A stretch of DNA of 64,000 bases from an uncultured delta proteobacterium (GCA_963771175.1 CAVYSY010000026.1:128001-192000), one strand, 5' to 3'. Counted from the first letter of the stretch, positions 20,910-31,117 are shown. Notes: generated from the sequence alone by a model not told the origin. Numbers and translations are program-made.

Positions 20910-21864
20910 TCACTCAAGCGACACGGTGACTGAGAGGTGCTCGGCCGCGTCCCGCAGCGTCACCACGTCGTAATCGGACTTCAGCCAGCCGAAGAGGGTC
21001 CTGAGCCGCTCCAGCTTCCGCGCAGCGGGCACCCGCAGGTCCCTCTGCTGGCGCACCAGCTCCGGGGGAAGGCCGTCCTCCGCGCCCAGCACGTCCACCG
21101 CGTGCAGCTCGAAGTTGAAGAACGGATCCCTCCCGAGCGCGCGGTACGCGGCCCGGATGACGGGCAGCGGCAGCGTGGTGGCGAAGGTGCCGATGAAGGG
21201 GAAGCGAACCCCGGGCGTCACCGCCATCGGCAGTTCCAGCACGGCGCCCGTGCCTCGCCGATACGGTTGCGCCGGGTCCGGCCGGTACGGCGTGCGCGGC
21301 GCGAGCAGCACGCGCGGGGAGTCCAGCACCGCCCGCGAAGGACGACGCGAGCAGCGCCAGCGCCCCCATCACCGCCGCCTTCGCCGTGTAGTACGGGGCC
21401 GCCGGGAACGTGGACGAGCCGTAGCGGTAGCCGCGCTCCACCGTCGCCGCGTACAGCGCCGCGTTGAGCGTGTAGCCCGGCGCGCGAAAGCCCACCGGCC
21501 GCGCGCCCGTGGCCGCCTCCAGCACCTCGTCCGCGCGCCGCAGGTCCTCGCGGATGCTCTCGGGCGAGCGCCGCGTCAGCGCGTAGTCGTGCGAGTAGCT
21601 GTGGCTCGCCACCTCCACGCCCGCCTCGTGCGCGGCTCGCAGCGCCGCCGCCGCCACCGCGTCCGCCGCCACGTCCTCGCCGATGGCGAAGAACGTCCCC
21701 GGCACGCCCACCGACTCCAGCAGCTCCCGCAGCCGGGGCACCGCCAGCGTGTAGACGAGCCCCCGCGCCCGCGCGTCCAGCAGCGACTCGGGCAGCCCGT
21801 GGATGCGGCAGTAGTGCGGCAGCGAGTCCAGGTCGACGGAGATGGATGCGAGCCGCCGCGCCAC
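20910..21864 (-). CDS. Polysaccharide deacetylase family protein, frameshift near 21335
   Basis: SISVDLD, TFFAIG, EVASHSYSH, GFRAPGY; C-terminus in ORF 20910..21329. Confidence 0.85.
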
Positions 21865-21875
21865 CCTCGCCTCCT

Positions 21876-22592
21876 CTAGGTGCCGCGGATGCGGATGACG
21901 TAGACCAGCTTGCCCACGTTCTTCAGCACGTTGGGCACGCGCCTGAAGAGGTGGATGGAGGGCTGGCGCTTCTCGTGGAGCTGGATGGGAATCTCCACCA
22001 CCCGCAGCCCCTCGCGCCAGGCGCGGATGACGAACTCGCTGGCGAACACGTCCATGTCCACCACGCACTTGGCCACCACCGGAAGCAGCGCCTCGCGCCG
22101 GAAGGCCTTCAGCCCGTGCGTGTCCGTGCCCTGGAAGCCCAGCGTCACCCGCAACAGCTTGTTGTGCACCCGCGTGGCCACGCGCCGGATGAGGGGCCGC
22201 TGGTCGCTCGCGCCCTTGGCGGCCTTCGAGCCCACCACCATGTCCGCCCCGCCCTTCTCCAGCAGCGGCAGCGCCGAGTCGTAGAAGGTCAGGTCGCACA
22301 GGTCGATCTCATCGCAGACGACGTAGGTGCCGCGGGCCTTCTCGATGCCGGCCTTCAGCGCCGTGCCGTAGTTGGGCCGCTCCGAGTGGAACCAGCGCAG
22401 GCGCGGGTTCTTCGCGCACAGCTCCTCGAGGATCTGGGGCGTGGCGTCGCGCGAGCCGTTCTCCGCGAAGATGATCTCGTAGTCCCACCCCCGCGCGTCG
22501 AGCCCTTGGGAGAGCTCCGCCGCGGCGGAGGCGACGATGGCCGCCTCGTTGTAGACGGGGATGACGATGGAGAGGTACGGGGACGAAGCCAT
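21876..22592 (-). CDS. Glycosyltransferase family 2 (DPM-synthase-like)
   Basis: LSIVIPVYNE, ENGSRDAT, NYGTALKAG, DTHGLKAFRR. Confidence 0.9.
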   Translation of the reverse strand: MASSPYLSIVIPVYNEAAIVASAAAELSQGLDARGWDYEIIFAENGSRDATPQILEELCAKNPRLRWFHSERPNYGTALKAGIEKARGTYVVCDEIDLCDLTFYDSALPLLEKGGADMVVGSKAAKGASDQRPLIRRVATRVHNKLLRVTLGFQGTDTHGLKAFRREALLPVVAKCVVDMDVFASEFVIRAWREGLRVVEIPIQLHEKRQPSIHLFRRVPNVLKNVGKLVYVIRIRGT

Positions 22593-22664
22593 GGGCGGGC
22601 GATTCACGTAGCATGCCCCCGCGGGCTCCGTCGACGATCAACTACCGCCGGCCCCGCCCCTCCG

Positions 22665-23978
22665 TCAGCCGTTCAACCGGCGCGCGCAGGCCCGTCCGGC
22701 GAGGATGGCATCCTCCATGGACGAGTACTCCCACTGCCCGTAGCGCCCCGCGGGGAGGATACCGGCGTGCTCCAGGAAGCGGAGGATCTCCGTCTTCGCC
22801 GGCCCGTAGGCTTCGTCATAGAGGACGTAGGCGTGGGGAATCTCCCGCGCCCGGGTGAAGAGCAGGTCGTCCGCCGAGTGCACCATCTGAGAGCGAACCA
22901 GGTCCTCCACCGCGTGCTGCTCGGCCTGGGCCAGGGACAGCTCGCCGTGGTGGCTGTACTCCACGGAGAAGGTGGCGGTGTCTGGAGGTGCCAGCGGCGC
23001 GTACACCGCCGAGGGCGAGCCGATGCGGTACGACTTGAACTCGGGCTCGGGCAGGTAGATCCAATGCCAGGGCTGGCGGTTCTTCCCACGAGCGGCCACG
23101 CACACGTACGTCACCGTGGTGGCGCGCAGGCGCCCAGCGGCGGCCAGCACCTCGTCGGGCACACCGGAGCCGCCCTTCGCCACCAGCCGCACCAGCCCGG
23201 GCAGCGAGATGGAGGAGATGAGCTGCGAGTAGCCGAGCGTGCGCCCGTCCGACAGGGAGACCTTCCGGGCCTTCCAGTCGATGGCGGTGGGCTCGGTATT
23301 GACGCTCAGCTCCCCGCCCTTCAGGTGGGCCAGCATGGCGCGGGCGAGGCTCTCGATGCCGCCCTCGCGCGGGTAGAGGAAGGAGGCGTTGTAGCCCAAC
23401 GCGTCGCTCCCCACGCCCAGCGCTCCGTCCACCACCTCCTTCAAGGTAGGCCGCGGCACGAAGCGCCCCACCCAGGCAGCGGACAGCTCGGACGGGTCCA
23501 CCGTCCACAGCTTCTTGTTGTAGGGGAGCATGAAGTTCTTCGCGAACCCCTCCCCCATGTAGCGCAGGATGAACTCGGTGAAGTTGCGGGGCTCGCGCTC
23601 GCGCAGCTCCCGGCCCTTCTCCCCGTAGATGGCCTCCACGTAGCCGATGAGGTTCTCCGCCACCACCTCGGGCGGCAGGCCATGCGTGTTCACCTGGTAC
23701 GGGAAGCGCGTGAAGATGCCCCGCGAGAAGATGCCCGCCTTGCGCTGGATGGACACGAGCTGGTCCGGCAGCCAGCGCGTGTTCACCAGTTCCTTGATCT
23801 CCGGGTCTCTCAGGTGGAGCCAGTGCCCGGTGGGGTCGAAGTAGCACCCATCGAGAATCTCGGTCTTGATGAGCCCGCCGACACGCTCGGACTTCTCGAT
23901 GAGGCGCCAGGGACGCTGGAGGAAGTGCGCGGCGGACAGCCCCGCGAGGCCCGCACCGAGGATGACGATGGGTTCCAT
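22665..23978 (-). CDS. FAD-dependent oxidoreductase (protoporphyrinogen oxidase/UDP-galactopyranose mutase-like)
   Basis: ILGAGLAGL, GGL..T, PYNKKLW, FLYPREGG, GRYGQWEYSSMED. Confidence 0.85.
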   Translation of the reverse strand: MEPIVILGAGLAGLSAAHFLQRPWRLIEKSERVGGLIKTEILDGCYFDPTGHWLHLRDPEIKELVNTRWLPDQLVSIQRKAGIFSRGIFTRFPYQVNTHGLPPEVVAENLIGYVEAIYGEKGRELREREPRNFTEFILRYMGEGFAKNFMLPYNKKLWTVDPSELSAAWVGRFVPRPTLKEVVDGALGVGSDALGYNASFLYPREGGIESLARAMLAHLKGGELSVNTEPTAIDWKARKVSLSDGRTLGYSQLISSISLPGLVRLVAKGGSGVPDEVLAAAGRLRATTVTYVCVAARGKNRQPWHWIYLPEPEFKSYRIGSPSAVYAPLAPPDTATFSVEYSHHGELSLAQAEQHAVEDLVRSQMVHSADDLLFTRAREIPHAYVLYDEAYGPAKTEILRFLEHAGILPAGRYGQWEYSSMEDAILAGRACARRLNG

Positions 23979-24199
23979 GGGAAAACCGGGTCTACCACCT
24001 TCACTGCCACATGGGGCAACAGGAGCGTTGCATCTGTCGGCCCGGAACCGGCGCCCCCCGCCCGCCTGCCCTGCCGCCGAGGATGGGTCCGACGCGAGGT
24101 GTCGCGTTCTTTGCCGCCTGGAAAATGCCTCTGATAACCTGCGCCCGCCGCGGGTCAGTGCGGCCGTTCGCGTCCGATGGCCCCCGCTGAAGGAAACCC

Positions 24200-27100
24200 A
24201 TGAAAGTCTCCTGCCCGTCTTGCCAGACGAACTACAACATCGATGACAAGCGGATCCCGCCGGGCGGCGCGAAGCTCAAGTGCGCCCGTTGCCAGAACAC
24301 CTTCCCCATCAAGCCCGGCGATGCGGTGAGCGCGCCGGCTCGCGGCCTCGCGCCCGAGCCCCTGTCCATGTCCGCCGCCGTCCCGCTGCCCGGCCCCGCC
24401 GCGCCAGCGGATCCGTACGCGGCCTACGATGACTTCCAGCGGCCCCCGGAGAGCGAGGCCACCCGCGTCGTCGCCCTCCCCGTGCCGAGCGCGGCCTACC
24501 GCGACACCGCGGCCCCGTCCGCCGCCATCCCGCTGCCCGGCCCCACCGACTACGCCGGCACCGCGCGCGACTTCGACTACAACGCGTCCGAGCCCTCGCC
24601 GGACCTCGCGTACAACGTGAGCGCGTCCGAGCCTGTCACGGGCGAGGCCATCCCGCTGCCGGGCGTGAGCGACCCGTACGCGGGCAGCGCGTACCCGATG
24701 GCGGGCGACGCCGTGCCACTGCCCGGCGCCTCCGACGGCTACGGGAGCGCGGGCAACTACGACTACGCTTCGAACCCGTACGACGCCGCCCCGCAGGCGG
24801 ACGCCGTCGCCCTGCCCCCTCCGGCCTACGGCAACCCGTACGACGCCGCCCCACCGGAGGACGCCTTCGCCCTGCCTCCTCCGCCCTCCGCCGAGGAGCC
24901 CTACCCGTACGCGGCCGAGCCCACGGCGAGCGCCATCGCCCTGCCTCCTCCGCCCGGCGATTTCTCGCATCATCCGACCACGACCGAGGTGGACACGTTC
25001 GCCCTGCCGCCTCCGGCCGAGGACCCGTATGCCGCCGCTCCGGGCTCCGAGGACCCGTTCGGTCTGCCGCCGACTCCGGCCTACGAGGACCCGTACGCCG
25101 CCGCTCCGGGTTCCGAGGATCCGTTCGCCCTGCCGCCTCCGGCCGAGGACCCGTATGCCGCCGCTCCGGGCTCCGAGGATCCGTTCGCCCTGCCGCCGAC
25201 CCCGGCCTACGAGGACCCGTACGCCGCCGCTCCAGGCGCCGAGGACCCGTTCGCCCTGCCGCCTCCCGCGGCGGATGTGACGAACCTCGACTTCTCCGAG
25301 CCCCCGCCCGTCGTGCCCGCGGCGCCTCCCAACGTCGCCACCGACTTCGGGGACGTGGACTTCGGCGAGCCCCCGCCCGTCGCGGCGGCCACGGCCTCCA
25401 TCCCCGACGCGCTCGAGTTCGATCCGACCTCGCCGACCCAGCCGGCGGGCGATGACCTCGAGGCCGATCTCTCCGCGCCGCTGCCGCCTCCGCCCGCCGC
25501 GGGCACGGCCGACGGCCTGGAGATGCTCAGCTTCATCGACGACGCCGCCAAGGAGAACGGAGGCAACAAGCCCAAGGCCAACGTGCGCCGCTTCCACGTG
25601 CGCCGCCGCTCGGGCAAGGTCTTCGGGCCCTTCGAAGAAGGCGTCGTCGTCAAGATGCTCGAGGACGGTCAGCTCCTCGGCAACGAGGACGTCTCCAACG
25701 ACGCCGATTCCTGGACGCCCATCGGCACGGTGCCCATCTTCGCCACGGCCATCCAGAAGCTGATGGAGGGGCCGGGCACGCCCGCCGCTCCCGCCGCCGC
25801 GCCCCCCGTGCCCGGTACCGAGCCCGGCTCCAAGGCCAGCCAGTCCGCCGCCAATGCCGCCAATGCCGCCGCCAACATGGAGCGGTTGAACCAGCTCTAC
25901 GGCGGCCGCATGGCGGCGGTGGCCGTGGTGGACACCACCTCGCGCGCCGAGCTCCTCGTCGCGAAGCTCAAGAAGCGCCTGCCCTTGGTGATCGCCGCCG
26001 CGGCGGCGGTCCTCGTGCTCGGAGTGGGCCTTGGATTCGGAGCCACGCGCTACGGAGTCTTCGGGCTCAAGAAGTTCTTCCCCTCCAAGGTCTCGGCTGG
26101 CTCGTCGGAAGCCGCGGACGTGCAGGCCGCGCAGAAGGCGCTGCTCCAGGACTCCTTCCAGAGCTACAAGCAGGCCCGGACGCTGAGCCAGAAGGTGCTG
26201 GCCTCCAAGGAGTACCCGGAGGTCCGCGCCCTCTGGTGCCAGGCCGTCTTCTACCTCCAGCGCCGCTACTCGGCCGCGGATCCCAACGAGCTCAACCAGT
26301 GCCGCGCCGAGGAGGAGGTGGCGAGCCTCGAGCTGCTGGGCGAGAAGAACGTCGAGTACGTCAAGTTCCTCGCGGGCAAGGCGCTCACCGCCCGTGAGCC
26401 GGACACGGCCATCCCGCTCGCGCAGGACGCCTGGAGCCGCGAGGCCAACCAGGGAGATGCCGAGCTGGCCTTCCTGCTCGCCGAGGCCTACTCGGCCAAG
26501 AACCAGAACGACCAGGCCATCGAGACGCTGAAGCGGGTGCTGGAGAAGCAGCCCGACTCGGTGAAGGCGCACCACGCCCTGGGCAACCTCTACCAGGCGA
26601 CGGGCAAGGCGGACGAGGCCGCGAAGTCCTACGAGGCCGCGCTCAAGGCGGATGCCACCCACATCATCTCCGCGCTGGAGCTGGCGGCGGTGGAGGTGCT
26701 GCTGCGCAAGGACGCGCAGAAGGGCCTCGAGGCCGCCGAGCGCGCGCTGGACGAGAAGGCGCAGGCGGAGATGGGCCCCGCGGAGGTGGCCCGCGCCCGC
26801 ACCCTCAAGGGCATCGCCCTCTTCCAGCTCTTCAAGCCCAAGGAGGCCGAGCAGGAGCTGAAGGCCGCGATGGAGAAGGACCCCAGCTCCATCCTCATCA
26901 AGGCCAACCTGGCGCGCGTGCTGCGCTCCCAGCGCCGCTTCGCCGACGCCCTGCCCTTCTACGAGACGGTGGCCAAGGCCGATCCGCGGAACCTCGAGTA
27001 CACCGACGGCCACATCAGCACGCTGGTGGTCACCGGCAAGATGGAGGACGCGCAGAAGGCGGTGGAGGAGGCCAACAAGCGCTTCCCGGGCAACGCTCGC

Positions 27101-28363
27101 ATCGAGTACCTCTACGGCCGCATCGACGAGGCGCGTGACAGCAACCTCAGCGCCGAGGAGCACTACCAGCGCGCCATCAAGGCCGACGCCGAGCTCGTCG
27201 AGGCCAACGTCTACCTCGGCCGCTTCTACGTGCGCCTGCGCCGCAACAAGGAGGCGCGTGAGCAGTTCGAGCTGGCCGCCTCCAAGGCGCCCCAGAACGC
27301 CGCCGTGCGCGTGGGTCTCGGGGAGCTGGCGCTCGCCGAGGAGAACATCCCCACGGCCCAGGAGGAGTTCACTCGCGCCGTCGAGTTCGATCCCACCCTC
27401 GCCGACGCCCACCTCGGGCTGTCCCACCTGGCGCTGCTGGCCGGGGACCTGGAGAAGGCCCAGAAGGACGCCGACACGGCCCTGGAGCTGGATCCGAACC
27501 TCAAGGGTGGCCGGCTGCAGCGCGGCACCGTGCTGTATCGCCTGGGCAAGCTGGACGAGGCCCTCACCGAACTGGAGCAGGCCAAGAAGGAGGATCCGCG
27601 CTCGGTGCTGCCGTCCATCACCCTGGGCACGGTGCAGATCGCCAAGGGCAACCTCAAGGACGCCGAGGCCAACCTCCTCCTGGCGCTCAAGAGCGAGCCC
27701 TCCAACTTCGAGGCGAACTTCCAGATGGCCATGCTGCGGGCCAAGCGCGGCGAGTACACCCAGGCCCTCGAGAGCATGAAGAGCGCCGTGGACCGCGCCC
27801 CTCAGCGCGCCGACTACCGCTACGCCTACGGTGTCCTCTTCCGCGAGGCCAAGCAGCCGGCGGACGCCATCGAGCAGTGGAAGCAGGCGGTGGCGCTGGA
27901 TCCGCAGATGGCCGACGCCCACGAGTCCCTGGGTCAGGCCTACCTGGAGTCCAACTCGCTCGACGACGCCATCAAGGCCTTCCAGGCCACGCTCAAGGTG
28001 GACCCCAAGCGCACCCGGGCGCTCGCCGCCATTGGCGACGCGCACTTCACGGCCATGCGCTGGCGCGAGGCCATCCGCTTCTACGAGCAGGCGCTCAAGG
28101 CGGCTCCGGACCTCACCGTCGTCTTCTACAAGATGGCGCGCTGCTACAGCGAACAGGGCCAGCACGCCAAGTCCATCGACTGGTACGTGAAGGCCACCGT
28201 GGCCAAGCCGGACGAGGCCGATGCCTGGTACCACCTGGGCTACGCGTACAAGGAGAAGGGCAAGAAGGCGGACGCGGTCAAGGCCTTCCAGGAGTACCTC
28301 ACGCGCAAGCCCGAGGCGGAGGACCGCAAGGAAATCGAGGACGAGATCAGCTTCCTGGAGTAG
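24200..28363 (+). CDS. Zinc-ribbon (MJ0042-type), Pro-rich linker, GYF-like domain, TM helix and TPR array protein
   Basis: CPSC..CARC at the N-terminus; FHVRRRSGKVFGPF..W GYF-like segment; TM LPLVIAAAAAVLVLGVGLGF; long TPR array. Confidence 0.88.
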   Translation: MKVSCPSCQTNYNIDDKRIPPGGAKLKCARCQNTFPIKPGDAVSAPARGLAPEPLSMSAAVPLPGPAAPADPYAAYDDFQRPPESEATRVVALPVPSAAYRDTAAPSAAIPLPGPTDYAGTARDFDYNASEPSPDLAYNVSASEPVTGEAIPLPGVSDPYAGSAYPMAGDAVPLPGASDGYGSAGNYDYASNPYDAAPQADAVALPPPAYGNPYDAAPPEDAFALPPPPSAEEPYPYAAEPTASAIALPPPPGDFSHHPTTTEVDTFALPPPAEDPYAAAPGSEDPFGLPPTPAYEDPYAAAPGSEDPFALPPPAEDPYAAAPGSEDPFALPPTPAYEDPYAAAPGAEDPFALPPPAADVTNLDFSEPPPVVPAAPPNVATDFGDVDFGEPPPVAAATASIPDALEFDPTSPTQPAGDDLEADLSAPLPPPPAAGTADGLEMLSFIDDAAKENGGNKPKANVRRFHVRRRSGKVFGPFEEGVVVKMLEDGQLLGNEDVSNDADSWTPIGTVPIFATAIQKLMEGPGTPAAPAAAPPVPGTEPGSKASQSAANAANAAANMERLNQLYGGRMAAVAVVDTTSRAELLVAKLKKRLPLVIAAAAAVLVLGVGLGFGATRYGVFGLKKFFPSKVSAGSSEAADVQAAQKALLQDSFQSYKQARTLSQKVLASKEYPEVRALWCQAVFYLQRRYSAADPNELNQCRAEEEVASLELLGEKNVEYVKFLAGKALTAREPDTAIPLAQDAWSREANQGDAELAFLLAEAYSAKNQNDQAIETLKRVLEKQPDSVKAHHALGNLYQATGKADEAAKSYEAALKADATHIISALELAAVEVLLRKDAQKGLEAAERALDEKAQAEMGPAEVARARTLKGIALFQLFKPKEAEQELKAAMEKDPSSILIKANLARVLRSQRRFADALPFYETVAKADPRNLEYTDGHISTLVVTGKMEDAQKAVEEANKRFPGNARIEYLYGRIDEARDSNLSAEEHYQRAIKADAELVEANVYLGRFYVRLRRNKEAREQFELAASKAPQNAAVRVGLGELALAEENIPTAQEEFTRAVEFDPTLADAHLGLSHLALLAGDLEKAQKDADTALELDPNLKGGRLQRGTVLYRLGKLDEALTELEQAKKEDPRSVLPSITLGTVQIAKGNLKDAEANLLLALKSEPSNFEANFQMAMLRAKRGEYTQALESMKSAVDRAPQRADYRYAYGVLFREAKQPADAIEQWKQAVALDPQMADAHESLGQAYLESNSLDDAIKAFQATLKVDPKRTRALAAIGDAHFTAMRWREAIRFYEQALKAAPDLTVVFYKMARCYSEQGQHAKSIDWYVKATVAKPDEADAWYHLGYAYKEKGKKADAVKAFQEYLTRKPEAEDRKEIEDEISFLE
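24998..25267 (+). repeat. Intragenic tandem repeat with alternating 60- and 66-nt units (126-nt higher-order duplication)
   Basis: Encodes (FALPPPAEDPYAAAPGSEDP)(F[G/A]LPPTPAYEDPYAAAPG[S/A]EDP) twice plus a partial unit. Confidence 0.9.
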
Positions 28364-28453
28364 CCACTCGCCCCCTCCCGGGCGTCCGTTTCCGGGCGCC
28401 CGGGTACGACATGCCTTGCCCGGCCCGCGCGGGGTGACTAGAACCGCCTCGCC

Positions 28454-29734
28454 ATGCTGGATCTCAAGTACGTCGCGCAGAACTTCGATGCGGTGGTCGC
28501 CCGGCTGCAGTCCCGGGGCGGCAGCCTGGACCTCGGCCCCTTCAAGAGCCTCGTGTCGGAACGGCGAGACCTCTACGTGGCGATGGAGTCGCTCGCCGCG
28601 CGCCGCAACGCCGCCAATGAGGAGATGAAGCGCAAGGCCAAGGAGGACCCCGCGGCCCTCGAGGCGCTGCGCGGGGAGATGCGCGCCGTCTCCCAGTCCA
28701 TCAAGGAGAAGGAGGCGCGACTCAAGGAAGTGGAGGAGGAGCTCAGCCACATCCTGCTGCTCATCCCCAACGTCCCCCACGAGTCCGTGCCCGTGGGCGC
28801 CAGCGCCGACGAGAACGTCCAGGTGCGCGTCTGGGGCGACAAGCCCATCCTCCCCTTCACGCCCAAGCAGCACTTCGAGCTGGGCGAGAAGCTGGGGATG
28901 CTGGACTTCGAGCGCGCCGCCAAGGTGTCCGGCTCCCGGTTCGCCTTCTACAAGGGAGCGCTCGCCCGGCTGGAGCGGGCCCTGGTGACCTTCATGATCG
29001 ACGTGCACACCCAGAAGGGGTACGTCGAGATGCTGCCGCCCTACCTCGTGCTCCGCGAGACGATGCTGGGCACCGGCCAGCTCCCGAAGTTCGAGGAGGA
29101 CGCCTTCAAGACGGTCGGCGAGCCCGAGCGCTTCCTCATTCCCACCTCCGAGGTGCCCGTCACCAACTACCACTCGGATGAAATCCTCGATGGCGACGTG
29201 CTTCCGGTGAAGTACTGCGCCTTCAGCCCCTGCTTCCGCGCCGAGGCGGGCTCGGCGGGCAAGGACACGCGCGGCCTCATCCGCCAGCACCAGTTCCACA
29301 AGGTGGAGATGGTGAAGTTCTCCCACCCGGACAGCAGCCTGGACGAGCTGGAGAAGATGACGGACGACGCCTGCGACATCCTCCGGCGCCTGGGGCTGCA
29401 CCACCGGGTGATGCTGCTGTGCACCGGAGACATGGGCTTCGCTTCCCGGAAGACCTACGACATCGAGGTCTGGCTGCCTGGCCAGGGGACGTACCGCGAG
29501 ATTTCCTCCTGCTCGGACTGCGGCGACTTCCAGGCCCGCCGGGCCAAAATCCGCTACCGGGCCCAGAAGGGGGACAAGCCCCATCTCCTCCACACGCTCA
29601 ATGGCAGCGGCCTGGCCGTGGGGCGGACGACCATCGCCATCCTCGAGAACTACCAGCGCGAGGACGGAAGCATCGCCATCCCGGAGGCGTTGGTGCCGTA
29701 CATGGGCGGTCTCAAGGAATTGAGGCCGCTGTAG
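28454..29734 (+). CDS. serS: Serine--tRNA ligase
   Basis: [54 protein letters not shown]. Confidence 0.98.
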   Translation: MLDLKYVAQNFDAVVARLQSRGGSLDLGPFKSLVSERRDLYVAMESLAARRNAANEEMKRKAKEDPAALEALRGEMRAVSQSIKEKEARLKEVEEELSHILLLIPNVPHESVPVGASADENVQVRVWGDKPILPFTPKQHFELGEKLGMLDFERAAKVSGSRFAFYKGALARLERALVTFMIDVHTQKGYVEMLPPYLVLRETMLGTGQLPKFEEDAFKTVGEPERFLIPTSEVPVTNYHSDEILDGDVLPVKYCAFSPCFRAEAGSAGKDTRGLIRQHQFHKVEMVKFSHPDSSLDELEKMTDDACDILRRLGLHHRVMLLCTGDMGFASRKTYDIEVWLPGQGTYREISSCSDCGDFQARRAKIRYRAQKGDKPHLLHTLNGSGLAVGRTTIAILENYQREDGSIAIPEALVPYMGGLKELRPL

Positions 29735-29845
29735 GCCTCTTCCCGCTGTCAGAATCCAGAACCCCACAACGTTGTTGCAATGGGCTCCGGATGATGTAGA
29801 AGGGCGACCCACGCAGTTCGGTGGGTCGCGCGGCTTCGAGCAGTT

Positions 29846-29932
29846 GGAGGAGTGGCCGAGCGGCTGAAGGCAGCGGTCTTGAAAACCGCAGGTGGCGAAA
29901 GCCTCCCGTAGGTTCGAATCCTACCTCCTCCG
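29846..29932 (+). tRNA. tRNA-Ser(TGA)
   Basis: GGAGGAG acceptor, anticodon arm GCGGT-CTTGAAA-ACCGC, long variable arm, GTTCGAATC; CCA not encoded. Confidence 0.96.
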
Positions 29933-29975
29933 ATTTTGTTCTTGCGGTACGCGGTTCTTTGACAGTAAAGGCATT

Positions 29976-30065
29976 GGAGAGATGGCCGAGAGGCTGAAGG
30001 CACAGGTTTGCTAAACCTGCATACTCGAAAGGGTATCGAGGGTTCGAATCCCTCTCTCTCCGCCA
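29976..30065 (+). tRNA. tRNA-Ser(GCT)
   Basis: Anticodon arm CAGGT-TTGCTAA-ACCTG, long variable arm, ends GCCA. Confidence 0.96.
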
Positions 30066-30163
30066 CTTATCTTGGTTGTAGTAGAGCGAAGTTGCGGTAG
30101 CGAAAAAGAAGTTGTGGTACAGAGGCAGCGGTTGTGGTAGAAGCGGCGCAAAGGTAACGGAAA

Positions 30164-30240
30164 GCTCCCTTAGCTCAGCTGGATAGAGCGTCGGACTACG
30201 AATCCGAAGGCCGGAGGTTCGAATCCTCCAGGGAGCGCCA
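30164..30240 (+). tRNA. tRNA-Arg(ACG)
   Basis: Anticodon arm TCGGA-CTACGAA-TCCGA, ends GCCA. Confidence 0.96.
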
Positions 30241-30264
30241 CCTTTCCCCTCCTCCAATCCCCTC

Positions 30265-30732
30265 ATGAGTCCGGACGAAGTCTTCATGCAGCAGGCCCTT
30301 GCGCTCGCGCGGGAGGCTGCCGGGCTTGGGGAAGTCCCCGTCGGAGCAGTAGCCGTACACGATGGAAAGATCATCGGGAGCGGTTTCAATCGACGGGAGC
30401 TCGACCGGAATCCCCTGGCCCACGCGGAGATCTTCGCGTTGGACGCAGCGGCCAAGGCGTTAGGAGCGTGGCGACTCACGGGTGTCACCCTGTATGTGAC
30501 GCTGGAGCCGTGCGCGATGTGCGCCGGAGCACTGGTCCAATCGAGAGTCACCCGTCTGGTCTTCGGAACGAAGGATCCGAAAGCCGGAGCAGTCGGCTCT
30601 CTCTACAACCTCGCGGAGGAGCCCCGGCACAACCACCGGCTCCAAGTGATGAGTGGGGTTTTGGCGGACGAGAGCCGCCAGATGCTGAAGGACTTCTTCG
30701 AGCGCCTGCGCGAGAAGAAACGAGAAAAGTGA
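30265..30732 (+). CDS. tadA: tRNA adenosine(34) deaminase
   Basis: GEVPVGAV, HAEI, LYVTLEPCAMCAGA, DPKAGA, F..R at the C-terminus. Confidence 0.95.
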   Translation: MSPDEVFMQQALALAREAAGLGEVPVGAVAVHDGKIIGSGFNRRELDRNPLAHAEIFALDAAAKALGAWRLTGVTLYVTLEPCAMCAGALVQSRVTRLVFGTKDPKAGAVGSLYNLAEEPRHNHRLQVMSGVLADESRQMLKDFFERLREKKREK

Positions 30733-30737
30733 ATATT

Positions 30738-30824
30738 GGAGAGCTGGCCGAGTGGTCGAAGGCACCTGACTCGAAATCAGGCATACCGGGAACGGTATCG
30801 TAGGTTCGAATCCTACGCTCTCCG
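30738..30824 (+). tRNA. tRNA-Ser(CGA)
   Basis: Anticodon arm CCTGA-CTCGAAA-TCAGG, long variable arm. Confidence 0.96.
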
Positions 30825-30837
30825 CAGAGTGTCTCAT

Positions 30838-30924
30838 GGAGAGGTGGCCGAGCGGTTGAAGGCGCACGCCTGGAACGCGTGTATATCTGAAAGGGTATCG
30901 TGGGTTCGAATCCCACCCTCTCCG
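30838..30924 (+). tRNA. tRNA-Ser(GGA)
   Basis: Anticodon arm CACGC-CTGGAAC-GCGTG, long variable arm. Confidence 0.96.
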
Positions 30925-30947
30925 TAGTTGTTACTTGATTTGAAGAG

Positions 30948-31038
30948 CTTGTGGTCGGGACAACGTGGGGACGTGAACCCCGCCAGGTCCGGAAGGAAGC
31001 AACGGTAGCGCACCTCCGCGTGTGTCCCGGCCGTTCTT
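30948..31038 (+). ncRNA. ffs: Signal recognition particle RNA (4.5S)
   Basis: Helix-8 motif CCAGGTCCGGAAGGAAGCAACGG inside a long hairpin GGTCGGGACA..TGTCCCGGCC; ends approximate. Confidence 0.93.
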
Positions 31039-31040
31039 GT

Positions 31041-31087
31041 GAAGGAGCCGAGCATCCCTGCAAAGGGTTGCTCGGCTCCTTCTTTTT
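31041..31087 (+). terminator. Rho-independent terminator of the tRNA/ffs transcript
   Basis: GAAGGAGCCGAGCA..TGCTCGGCTCCTTC stem followed by a T-run. Confidence 0.85.
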
Positions 31088-31117
31088 GCCCGGAAGCGCC
31101 CTGCTCCAGCGCCCCGC

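Noticed and set aside
22665..23978. Calling this gene hemY
   Set aside because: Glycan-gene context and motifs fit the broader mutase-like flavoprotein group; haem function is not supported.
24998..25267. Tandem repeats as a CRISPR array
   Set aside because: In-frame coding repeats with no unique spacers and no cas genes. No CRISPR array was seen in the window.
24155..29812. 1885-aa minus-strand ORF (likewise 43992..48968, 10267..12873, 4030..5913 and other long overlaps)
   Set aside because: Antisense shadows of real high-GC genes; no recognisable motifs.
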